Shown in pieces: positions 14,201 to 31,379 of a stretch of DNA of 64,000 nucleotides. The notes beneath the pieces were generated by a model. That model was not told the DNA's origin and searched no databases. It was given only the letters and a program-made list of their open reading frames with translations. The translations under genes were made by a program, and so were the position numbers. Each line of letters begins with the position of its first letter. Position 1 is the stretch's first letter. This DNA comes from Ramazzottius varieornatus (taxonomy: Eukaryota; Animalia; Tardigrada), in assembly GCA_001949185.1 (NCBI GenBank), contig BDGG01000001.1, positions 9,244,464-9,308,463 of the forward strand. The letters run 5' to 3'.

Positions 14201-16117
14201 GAGCATCGTAGCCATTGATCGAGTGACATACCGGGGGGAAAAAAGAAGCATCAGTCAGGCAATGTCAGCAGGGGAATTTAAGGCACGCTGCTGGTACGTA
14301 TAAATCCGCTATTCACATCAGCATCGACGTCGCGATCGGGTACAGGCAACAATATCGACGTGGCCCACTTTTTTCTCCCTCCTTCTGCTGCCTTGTCGTC
14401 ATGATGGGCCTCCTGGTTTGCCCCATAGCCCACTGACATACAGTATAATATATCCCTTTACACAAAGAAGAGCTCTGGACCGTTGTGTATGTCGCAGGCT
14501 TGGCCGGGCTTCAATTAAGGCAGTTGACCTAGCAGGTAGTGTAGGCTCCCTTGACACAATCCCCTACAGGCAAAGGCAGTAAGGCCGCTTTCAAGCAAAA
14601 TCAGGGAAAGATGAGCGTCAGCTTGTTCAAGATAATCAACATGTCAATCAGTCGATGGGATGGGAAGGCAAAGGTGGACAGCAGAAGCTAGGTCCCCGCA
14701 GCTAGAGACTAGACCCAACGAAGAAGGAGATGAAGATGTTACTGTTGGCCAAAGAGCGCTGTCTTCGTCAAGGAAGGTTGAGACCGCTCGATGGCTGCTA
14801 CCTAATGGTTGGCCTAGCAAGTTCTTCGTTCCAGTTACACAGAAACCGAAAGTTAAGTGTGCTGCTCTTCATCATCATTCTCTGCCATCTTTGTGGCTAC
14901 GAGAGGCAGTGAAGGATGAGCAACAAGAGAGTGGCGACCTACAATCTGTGACGGTGTGCCGCCTGGCCTAGCGCCTCATGCCTTCCATCTGTGGGTCAGT
15001 AGTGCCAGCGCTGCCATTGAAAAAGAGAACGAACTTTGCCAGTCAAGTCTATCTGGAGCATGCATATACCTTATAGCTCACTTACTCCATACCAAGATGG
15101 CTCCTACACAATATGTCATCAGCTCATGCAGCCCATGGCGACACCATGCTGTGCGCAGCTAGCCGGCGGAAAAGAGCTGCCAAGAAAGGCAGACACCAAC
15201 GTTTCAGACAATGAAACGTGGCCTTTTTTCCCTTTCAACCTACAACGTTTAATATCGCCTTAAGTTACTTCTTCGTCCATTTCTCCTCTGCTTTTCTGTG
15301 CCATTGACGTAAGGATGACATTGACCATCGTTCATAGCAGCCACTCCTTCAGTCCGCCACTGTTGACAATAAGTGACGGCCAAGACCATCACTGCAAATG
15401 CCCGACAATGCATCTCCTTCACAACTTCAACGTCTTGTCCTCCAAGTACGCCCTTCTTGTATATCCCTAGCAGTGCATTTTGCCTCACATATCCAAACTT
15501 GTCCAAGAACCCTTCCTACCAAAAGTCGAGGCGCGATGAGTCTATGCCGAAAAGGTCAAGTTGGAGGAGCTGCACATACCAAGCCGAGGGAAGAAGCAGC
15601 CCCCAGCCAACATCTGCTTCAACTGACCAGCCTGAGACTGGATTCCAAGTCTAGTTTCCTCCTCACGCCACGCCACGCCACTCTCTTATGTCATGTCATA
15701 CAACATACGGCATGACGCGATATCATCACGGCAGTCAATAATGGCCAATACGGCGTCGGCGACCGACTTTCACTGCCAGTGCCATGCTGACTACATTCTA
15801 GGTCACACATCTCACACACACATAAAAGCATGCCGACATTCACTCACTGCACACAAACCGACTTTCAGCCCACCGGCAAGCTTTCGCTGCTGCGTAGCAA
15901 GCACTAGCTACTAGGCCCTGACTAGGCGGACATTTCAGCAGCACTTCCCACCGCGACAACGCCCAAGGACCTTCTCACGCCGTAGCACAATTCTTTCTCT
16001 GGTCCTCCAGCCACAAGCACTACATGCATCTCCTCACTGACATGTTCCAGCCAGTCCAAACACCTTGTCATTTCCTTCACTAGTCCCTATACAAGACCAG
16101 CAGCAGCAGCCACTTAC
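5263..16117 (-). promoter_or_regulatory. Gene-free region upstream of HR4; candidate long 5'-UTR intron / regulatory region
   Basis: No recognisable protein-coding ORF. Acceptor ctttcttgctgttgatag| ends at 5263. A strong donor CAG|GTAAGT starts at 16117 on the minus strand. Confidence 0.4.
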
Positions 16118-17250
16118 CTGCCAGGATAGACGTCATGCCGCTCCTTTCTTGACTCTTGCTTCATCCGCCTAAGCAGCTCGTCCAGCCATATTCTTCGTGG
16201 TCACCTTTTGGCCATCTTTGAAGGTAACATGCAGGGACATGGATGCGCTATTTCCTACAAGCCAAAAAGAGACGTTACACGCCTGATGGACGGCAATGGC
16301 AGAAAAGAGAGAATGAACATGGTCATGTAAGAATATTCCACTCTAGGGCCCAATGGATAAGGTTAACGTGGTCGACGCGTCGAGGCTTCAGCGCCATACT
16401 TCCTTCCACATGGAGGACAGCGCAAAGGGAGAGAGGGAGGGACGGTGGAGGAGTGAGCTCGTTGGGGATAGGTCGCTGTCAGCAGGCAAAATGCAGGTCA
16501 ACTTTTATGGAAAAACGGCGCTTTACAATCGGACCGATCGTTACTACACTCTTCACTTACTACGCGAGCCTTGATAGTGAAGTTTTCGCGATGGAGATAG
16601 CAAGAGCAAGCAAAGTGCAAAGCCAAGACCATGCCGCCCAAAAGTGGAAAGGAAATCGATGGCGACCTAGAAAGAAAAAAGCGACAAAGTTCAGTCATGG
16701 ACAGTGATAGTTACAGGGAAGAAAGGAGCAAAGCATGCAGTGTTAGGTGAAAGGAAGCCCGGAAGACTAGAGCGCCATTCCTGACGCTATTCTTTCAAAT
16801 ATTCTTCAGCCTTGTTGACCTATCATCATTAGCAATATTTTGCAACAAATTCCTTTTCCTGTAAGAACTAATATCCCATTGGAAACAACTACTCTGTGCA
16901 ATACTGTGGCAGGAAATTTTAACGTCCTCCAATTCGCTGCAGTGGTAATAGGAGAAAATTTGAGCAACTTCCAGTTCTTCTTTGAAAAAAGAAATGTTGC
17001 TCGACAACTTTGAAATATATTGTGCATGAAGAGATATGTTCAACCATAACAAAGTACCTGACGAGACTAAATGGATATGGGATAATGTCCAACGTAAGGG
17101 AGATGGTATCCCTCTTCACTCCAGCAAGAATGAGCAGTCGTACGTACTTGAACAACACACCTCTGAATAAGTGAGCTGCCCAGGGAAAAGACTATGAAAA
17201 TGAATCTGTGAAGATTTCGAAAGACTGTTAATCTGAGATTATTCCGTCGT

Positions 17251-19330
<2,080 letters not shown>

Positions 19331-20604
19331 TGTACCTGCAAGATAAACCATTGAACGTTTCGACTATCGCATTGATGCGGCGCAGTCGAGTGATTCTACC
19401 ATTCATAGCTGTCACTTACCACTCACAGTTCACACAACGACTTCCCGCCAAACGCAGAGCACGACGCCTGTCCTTCTTCACCTGCCGTCCACAGATAACA
19501 TCACTATCTTAGACTAGGTTTCAGGGGAGAAAAGAGCTATGAAATTAAAACCTTTCTCGACTTTGACACGATTCTTCTGGACAGATTTTCTCAGATTCTG
19601 GGAAGATAAAGTATGCAGGTCACCGTCGCCCACCGATGCTTGCACAGCGCACTAAAGTTTTGCCTTGTGCGCCACCTGACACGTGAACGTCTTAACGTTT
19701 CCCGAGGCTTCTTTGACCACGTGACACTTGTCGAAACATACAATTGGATGTTGTTTGGATGGATCCGCCTTTGGTACGCATTTGTATGAAACAACAAATC
19801 AACGAGTCAAGGAACGAGTATCAAGAAACGAGTTACCGGCTTTACCACATCGTTCGCGATTGATTATTGAACGGTTCAGGTTCAGTTAGTTGATAGTGAC
19901 TTGATACAATTGATGGTCAGTTCACTTCCGGCGGCGAGCGGAGATGCTATGTGCCTCTTTCATCAGGACTTCTGCTCCTTCACGGGGCTGTCTATTTGTA
20001 TAAGGAGCAAGGTAAGACGAGTAACTAATGTATCTTGCATGGTTGTCTCGTCTCCAAGGATCGGAAATATCGTTTTACGCAACTCGTGTCTTCTTATTTC
20101 AGGTATTAGTCTACTGACGGCGTGCATCGTTCAGCTAATCAGGTATCATTAATAACTACCCGGCCGCGGATTTACCACCGCAAGGACAGTAAGAAATTGT
20201 ACACGCTGCATGCCACATCGATGCGATTACACCAGCTGCCGTTGGTTATCGTGCCATCGACGAGCCACCTAATCAGATGACTACCGTCTGGTTAGTGCGA
20301 AGCGGAACGCCCAAAGCATCGTTGAAGGAAAAGTACTCTGTCTGATTCTTGCTCCAAGTCTTATCATCACGGACGGTGTCTTGTGGTTTCCATTTTGTGG
20401 TCCCCTTCTGCATCAAAAATCATCTAATTGATTGTGGCCATTAATTCCGTCAGATTTCGTCCTGCTTCCGCTGGTCGTACTTTGCTCTTCGTTTTCCCGG
20501 CTAGGCACATACGCTTCTGCTCCCGAATCTTCATCCGCCATCTTCAGGGAACCTCGAAGAAAATCATCTCGTCCTTTTGTCCATTTCGTAGCAACGATCC
20601 AGCA

Positions 20605-23712
<3,108 letters not shown>

Positions 23713-24291
23713 AGCTTGTCGAAGCTGGTCAGAGTCTTCTTTTCTAGACCGAGTTTCTTTCCCAGTGTAATCGAAACGTTTCTCGGTGTGAATGCAAAAT
23801 TGTGTTTCCCGTCTAGAATTGAGGACCGAGAATCTGTCAGAGAGCCAGAACTGTCGCGGTGATGACTGCCCATTTTCTTGTACAGAGAGAAGATTCTATG
23901 TTAACTTTGTTGTGTTTCGCGTTGACGGACTTTATCCAGCTTACTGTTGCTTTTTGATGCGGTCAAGATGGTGAAAAAAAGAGAGTTTACTAAACAATCC
24001 ATTTGCGGATGGTGGTGAAGGTTAGCTGGCATCAATGCCAGAATAACCACGAAACGGAAAATTCAGCCTTGACCAGTGGCCAGTGGAATGGTGAGGTCAA
24101 AGTGGGAGGGGCTTCGGCTGCAGTACGGTGTTTGCGATACACGGTACATTGCTCCTTTATAGTTATCTATATATGTACCTACGGTGCGACTAAGTTAGTA
24201 GGACTTCCTTCCGATCCCCGTTTCCATCTGTGTTTGCTGTGGTAGAGTGGTTGAGGACGACGTCGGACGGTGTTTGCTCTCCAGTGAGCTG

Positions 24292-26964
24292 ATGGGGCGG
24301 CCAACGTCAAAGTTCGAGAGCTTGATGAAGAAGAAGAAGAAGCGACGGCGCAAGGCCACGATTGCTGACGGCGTGGAAGTAGCATCGACGTCGACGTCGA
24401 CGTCGACGTCGACCGTGGAGAGTGGGCAAGTTCACTCTGCTTTGTCCTCGACCAATGGTTGCTCCGTGAGCATCGCAGCACAACCGGAGAAGGAAACTAA
24501 CAGCAAACGGAAGAGGAAGACGGCCAGGAAGAAAGCACATGCTCCTTCCAGAGCCATGCCTGTCTCCATGCGGGTAAGTTACGGCTATGTACAGAACTGT
24601 ATTGCTTCATGAGCTTGGCGAATGGCGTCACGGTGAGCATATGCTGTATGCGTCATCATACCCGTAAACTTCACACTCACTGTCACGTCAGCTCGCCAAG
24701 TTCATGAAGCATTACAGTACCGTATATTATAGTACCTACGCTTGATTTGACTGTCTTTTGCACATGTTATAATATGGCTTTTGTTGCTGTTATTGGATAG
24801 CCGGAACTTGTACGGCACTTTGTCAACGGCCATCCTTTGATTGCTGGAGGCAGCGAACGAGAGGCCGTGGATGAAAGTGCGGAAGGTGTGGGGCAAGTGA
24901 TACCGGCAGTATTAGGCCAAAAGACGCTGGCGTCCCTGCTGACGTCCTGTCCCCTGCTGGCTACACAGTGCAGCGTCGTCTGTGCCCGATGGAGGTTCCT
25001 GCAGCAAGCCCGCCTCTTCCTCCGCAGAAGCTTGACCTACAATATGGCCCATCGACGGTTGAAGCCGCCGCAAAACTACCTGCAGCGCTCGCCGGAAACC
25101 AAACGACGCAACATCTTCTGCCTACTGCAACAACTGTGCCAGAGACAGAGGGAAACGGAAGAAGAAAGACTGGCTCTGGACAAGGGCACATATAGCTATC
25201 CTGTCGACATTAGCTTGAGCAGCTTCACGCTGTTGCGCTGTAACGCCCCCGACTCCAAATTCAATAATCATACGGTGAGGCTATGCAGTATATTATATCA
25301 TTTAGCGGAATACTTGGCCATGCTGTGGCGACATGTCCATCTTTGTACAGAATATGCGGCACGAGTATGTGGAACTGCAGCTGGCTGTCATGAGGAAGGC
25401 GCCGGAGGAGCTGTTACAGCGTAAAGTACTGGAGCCGGCACTGAAGGATGCGAAGAAGGTGATGGGGACGGTCGGTGCGCAGCTGCCGGCAGCGGTGGCA
25501 CCCATTGGCGACGGCTGCCAGGGCCCCAGCCAGCACTCGGTCTGCTTCGCCGTCGACTTCCCGCCCAGCGTCAAGCTACGGATGGAACACTGGAATTTGC
25601 GCAACTACCTGGTGGTGGGCAGCAGTGTCCATAGCATTGACCTGCTGACCGGCCAGAAGAAGGTCTTTAACAAGATGGTGGCCTACAACCTCTGCCAGCT
25701 GAGGGAGCCCAATGGCAACCTGCCCCTAGAGTCGGCTGGCGTCTTTGAAAACTTCAAGTTTCAACTGACACGGGGCCCGTGTCACACATTCAAGGTAGTG
25801 CTTATCTTCATCACCTCAAGCAGGGCTAATATGGCATGTGCCGACATTTGGTCTTGACAGATGCCATACCGCTTTGTGCTGATCTACAACGCGGGCCAGC
25901 ACTACCAAGTACGCGACATGATCAACCTGAAGAGTACCTTCCGGCCTCATGGCCATGTCTGCGTCTTGTGCGGCATGCGCTGCGACAGCCTGGTCAACGT
26001 CTTGCGCCACTTGGAAGGCTATCATCCTTCCCTGGGTTACGAGTATGACCAGCAAGGGCAGCGCATCTACCTCTGGTTCTCGCCCGAGCATGACTTCGAG
26101 CGCAGCACTGTAGCCGGCCTGCTCGACCATTGGCAGCTACTACAGTTTCGGCGAAAAGGCGACGGTAGCGCTTTCACCGTCCCCGACGATGTCACCAATC
26201 CCGATGGTCGGCCAGTCTTCCAGTGGATGTCCCAACGATACTGGCCTGATAAACCAAAAGGTAAGGTCGGTCCTGCCTACGGGGCAATAGTACAGCTAGT
26301 ACAGCCTTGGGTCTTGCAGATTGCTTGCCAAAGTTTAGTCTGGAGCGAGTGTTGGGCGTCTACGGGGTGCCCATCAACCCCTTGCGCCACTACTTGCACA
26401 CCAGCACCGTCCGCTCCATCCGCCCAGAACAGCGCTGGCTGCAGGCCTACGATAGTGACGAGGAGACAGAGTGGCAGGATGAGTATGAACGGGAAAAGTT
26501 GCACGACTTTATCGACTGTAACCCCCAAGAAAAGTACTTCATGTCCCTGTGGAACGCCTTCACCCGCCGCCTGGCGCCCCTCATGTCCTTCAAGATGCAA
26601 GATGTCCTCTGTAGGTTTGTCCTACAGCATGCCGTCGAGATTGAGCTCCACGAAGCCTATCCTGCTCTGGTTGCTCAACTGGCCATCCTGCGACGCGACA
26701 CTGTCATCACTGCCCCACAAAGCATCCAGGTAATACCTCCTTCCCATCGTTGCTTTTGACACCTTCACCGCAAAGATTCCTTTCCTTTTGTAGGTCATCC
26801 AAGCCTACAGAAACACCCTGGCTTGTCACGTCACCGTGGATCGGCTTCCCCGCATATCCAACGGGACAAGCAGTGGCGCAAACTCCAAGGTTCCGCCCAC
26901 TTCTCCTTCCCTTCCTTCCTCCTTATCCTCCCAGGCTCCTTCATCCATACCAAAGATTGCTTGA
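24292..26964 (+). CDS. SUZ12: SUZ12-like Polycomb PRC2 subunit (C2H2 finger + VEFS box)
   Basis: RFLQQARLFLRRSLTY (cf. SUZ12 RFL...FLHRTLTY); C2H2 finger CVLCGMRCDSLVNVLRHLEGYH; VEFS box RHYLHTSTVRSIRP...DSDEETEW...LHDFIDCNPQEKYFMSLWN. Last exon 26794-26964. The 5' exon structure is less certain. Confidence 0.82.
24385..24413. repeat. (TCGACG)n self-complementary microsatellite in SUZ12-like exon 1
   Basis: tcgacgtcgacgtcgacgtcgacgtcgac; reads poly-(ST) on both strands. Confidence 0.9.
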
Positions 26965-27483
26965 CACTGCATTTATTTTGTTTCGTTCTCATCGTTTTGT
27001 TTTCTGGCCTTCAACGTTGTGAGGACTTGGGTAAACTGTCGTTGAGTTCCCGTGCGTTCAAGCAGGCTAACTGATGGGCGTATTCCAATGTGATTTCTCC
27101 TTGTAATTATTATTATGACTTTATTGTTGACATTTTGTGTTTACCACACTTTCTTGCTCACGTCGTTTCTGCATTTTGACTTTTACCTCTTTAGTCTCTC
27201 TGCACTCCCTAGTGCTGGTGCTTGTTAATCTTTTTTACGTGAATATCTCATGTGCAGTGGCAAATAAACGTTGGAATGTCTTCTCGTCAGACAAGACAGC
27301 TCTTGCCCATACAAAAGGATAAATTACCCGTCGTCTATGGTAAGCTAGGGGTTTGCAAATATAAAAGATAAAAATAATGGTCATAGGGATTGCATAGGAC
27401 AGATCATATCAGGAAAAGTTTACTCGGTGCAAGTTTAAATAATCAGAGTTTAAGGAGAGGCCTGGGGAATGCTTGGGCCATGT

Positions 27484-29679
27484 TTAGAAAGCCGAGCAGG
27501 AGCCGTCCTTTTGACAAGTGCCCTCTAGCCGCGAGCCACATGGCCAATCAACCAGCTTGAAGATGTGTGAGAAGTTCCGCGGTCCCTCACGCCGTTCGCA
27601 GGTAACGAGGCATTCGTCCACCTCTAACGTCTTGCCGGTAAATGACAAGGCCTTGTGAAACTTCTCTTTGACCAATTTGCAAACCCGAAAGCGTCCGGAT
27701 ATGGATGAATCCACTGGCTCGTCTCTACCAGGTCGTTCAATTCCAGTCAGAAGGTCTTCGTCGCCGGCTGCTCCATCAAAATCCCACAGTCCGCCCTGAA
27801 CAACAAAAGTAAGAACAATGTTATCTTGAAGTCAGACTTGTCCGAATTACGAAGGGGATTCTTTCTTGCATATTAACCTGGTGTTGGCGTTGGAGCTGTC
27901 CGTCATCGAATTCATCAGCAGCTTCATTTGCCATATCACTGTCGTAACCACCGTCATCGCGGTCTTGCTCATCTACGACTCGTCTTTTTCTGCGCATGAC
28001 CTTTATGGGAAGATAGGACCGTCGATCGCCATCGAGATCCAAGTATCTATCCGCTGCTTGAAAGACCAAGTCTGTCGGTTCTTCCATGTCGGCGGAAGTG
28101 ACGAACACAGCTGGATAGCTCGGACTTGGTGTCTCCTCTTCATTAAGATATACTTGTCGCTTTGTGCGAGAAGGCTTCTTGGTAGCCACCTCAGTACTGA
28201 GGCCTCTGCAAGCATCGGCCAGCGATACAGTCCGTAGTTTCTGAACGGCTTCTCGTTTCGACCGGCTGTTTGTCTTCTGCTCCTCCGTTACTTTCACCTT
28301 CTTTTTCTGCTTTTTGACGCTATTTGTTTTCCCGGGCAAAGACCTTCCTTTGGTGGTCTTGACTCTCGGATTTTGACGATCTATTTGGCGCTTCAGAGGA
28401 TGTAAGGCGCTTTGCACTCTTCGTTCAACGTCTTCTCCTGCCGACGATCCACCTCTTGCTCTCTGCATTAATGGAAATGTGCTAAGTATTAATACAACAG
28501 CGTCCCTTTCCTTTGGAAAGTGAAACACGTCGTATCTCGAAAGGAGCGCCCATTTTGATCGTGGCTTACCTTTGGTGGAGAAGACTCTTCCTCCGCATTA
28601 TCCAAGAACTGATCTAATAGCAAGCGTTGGGCTTTTCGATGGTTCAACACCTGCTGGCGGATTTTTTTGACCTGCTGTCGGCGATTTCGTTGACGACGTA
28701 ACTGGGCAATCTCCGCAGCAATTTGTTCGAGCTCAGCATCTTCTTCTTCTTCCTCTTCATCCGGAACATCGTCTGTGACCACTCGAGCGTCAACGTCAAC
28801 GTCCTCGTCATCGTCAGAACCGTCCTCATAAATCTCTTGGTCGGCATCGGCTGCATCACTCCCTTGGAAATTCTGTGAGAAAAGTATATTCAATAAATTA
28901 ACAGCATTCAAGCCTGTCGCTGGCGTACCTCATCAGGTATATCGAGGGCATCCTGGCGTGTTAACGGTGGCCTCATTTGTCTGTTTGCTGGTGGACCCGC
29001 TATTCTCCACTGCTGCTGTTCATCAACGTCATCGGCATCAGCCAATTGCACCTCACCTTGAGGTAGTACTTGAGAGTCCTGGATAGTGTAATCAGCGCTT
29101 TGCCGTTTATCAAACGAGGGTCGCTGCAGCAAACGGCCATCCATCTGGTTACTTTCTACCATAATGGGAGCCAGCTGTCGACCACTTCTTTGACCATTAA
29201 ATTCTTCCTCAACTTCATCAGAGGGTTCCTCGACGTCGAATTCGACGAGAGCACTGTCAAGGAGATCCTGGACTTTTGCTATCTCTTCCACTTTTGCCAG
29301 AAGCTTTTCACTGCTATCTTGGTCCGTCAGTTCAGCTGCCGGCTCTCCTCCACCATTCTGGCAACGTTTTTGAGATCAACTATTTTTTAGCTGTTATCAT
29401 TGCAGTACGATAGCCTGCCGTCAGTCTGATAAAAGTCCATGTAGTAATTACCTTGTCGTAGTCGATGAGGAACTCTACGCCGCTATCTTCGATGGTGGCA
29501 GTGGGTTGTGTTAACGGGCTTGAAGGGTCCAGGTCTCCGTCAAGCGTTACCACTTGGACTGCCGGCAGGATGACAGGCCCGCCTTGCACGATTTCTACCA
29601 CGTGGAGTAGTCCCAAAGCAAATACTAGCCGTGATACCGGTTTCAGCAAATCTTGCCAACTTGTCATCGTGCAAATCAT
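27484..29679 (-). CDS. Orphan secreted acidic precursor with multiple RxxR/KR sites and a C-terminal 6-Cys domain
   Basis: Signal-like RLVFALGLLHVVEIVQG; the first intron joins in phase (DYDK|NGGGEPAA); acidic tracts; FDKR, RNRR, RSKR, RTKR and RKRR sites; terminal C-x22-C-x3-C-x19-C-x7-C-x5-C. Start at ATG 29679 or 29667. Confidence 0.7.
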
Positions 29680-31379
29680 AACTAAAACCCCCATATGAAT
29701 GTAATTCACGGCTTGAACACGTCAGCCAGCAGGAACCGATCACAGTCAGAGGCTACGATTTTTACTCACTGTTAAATATCCAACGCTAGGTTGCGCATCA
29801 CGCTTCATCGGCAAAGGTACTTTTCTCCGTAGGATATCTCGAGTATCAGCACACTGTTTCACCTCATGCCGCGCGCACGAAAACGTAACACAATATGGTA
29901 CGCAAAAAGCTTCACTGGATAAGTCAACGAAGGATTCAAAGTCGCGAAGGCCAGATGGACGTGACACAACGGTAATAGGAGCTACGTTGAGCAGCTGTGC
30001 TAGCAACCTTTCAAGGCCGTGAACGCATCCTTTCCCTTCTGTGTACTCTCATCCCACGTACCCAACCAGCTTCTCGTACTTCAAACAAATGAGCTGCATT
30101 TATGCTCCGATAACAGTGCTGAACTTGATGAGGTGAAAGCGATGCAGCCCGGAGAATGTATTGAATGATCGACAACTCTTCGGATGCGTGGTACACGGAG
30201 ACTGAGAGTATAATCGACCACCTCCCCCGGCTTTTCCTCACTTAGCTCCCCTTCCGAACGTTAACGCAACTACAAGCAGATGCGATCACTTTGCTGGCTC
30301 CGCTCAAGTGTTGCTTCAACGTGCTGCCAGTACGAGCGTACCACGTCTGTCCAGGCTCTTCAGGTCGCAGGCTAACTGAAATGGAGAGCCAAATGGGCGC
30401 TGACAGGAAGTCAATTTTCCCCGCTTGTTCGATCGATCGATAAAAAACAATTTGGCTGACGAGCTCTTGTGTCTGCGCACTCAATATTCCAACAGCTTTT
30501 CGAAAGGCAACACAAGGTCCACACCAACACGGATAAGGTTGTCGTATCAAGCAAAGCTGCAGCCGTTCAGTAGGACCTTTGTTTCCAGTTGGTTACCGCG
30601 TAGTCTATCCCAGTGCAATAACAGAATCACTAGCTGGACTTCTGAGGGCTGCACGGTGAAGTACTAGTTTCGTCCTTCTGCTGATCAAAGCTGATGACAC
30701 GCAAACTGAAGACCCAGGCTGACGACCTAAATAGCGCCTTGGTCTAATTGAACGAGTGACTCGGGAGGTGCGCTGGCAACAGATAGTACTGTCTGGTACT
30801 GTACTCCTTGAAGCTGTCGGAAGGATGGCTCTGCTGTCAGTTATCGGATAAGTAACCGGATCTGAGCTCCTGTGTAATTCCCAATTACCGGGATGATATC
30901 AACGGAAGCCTAGTTGATCCTTGTCTACGTTTGAAGTTCCCCTTTGATAATAGGTCACGGGCCATACCAAGCAAAACTCGACTCGGCGACACTCAGGCTC
31001 AGGCATTGGGAAACCTACTGCATTATGCAAGCTTTCGTGCCAAGCGGTTGTAATCCTTTGTAACTAAGTCAACGTCGAGGAAAGGAATTCATCTACATTG
31101 ATGACTTGGGTGATGACTTGGGCAAGCATGGTTAATTTGACAGGTGCCTGCCACCATCCAGACCGTAAGTATGGATGACCAGCAGTGTGAATGCCGTTGC
31201 TAGAACACGGGATTTCTACACACTGATATAGTGATGCTGTTCAACGGGTTTCGTCTTTCCCGAGGATCCCGTCTGGGATAACAGAGAGCTTGACGGGAAT
31301 AAAAGCGAACAGACAGCTTCATCGTCGCGGCATACTCAGGTTGTGCTTGCAAGAAAATGACCAAAACCAGGGTACACCA

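Noticed and set aside
29746-31300. Short ORFs between the orphan gene and the Slo relic as retroelement remains
   Set aside because: No RT, integrase or gag motif, LTR or TIR recognised.
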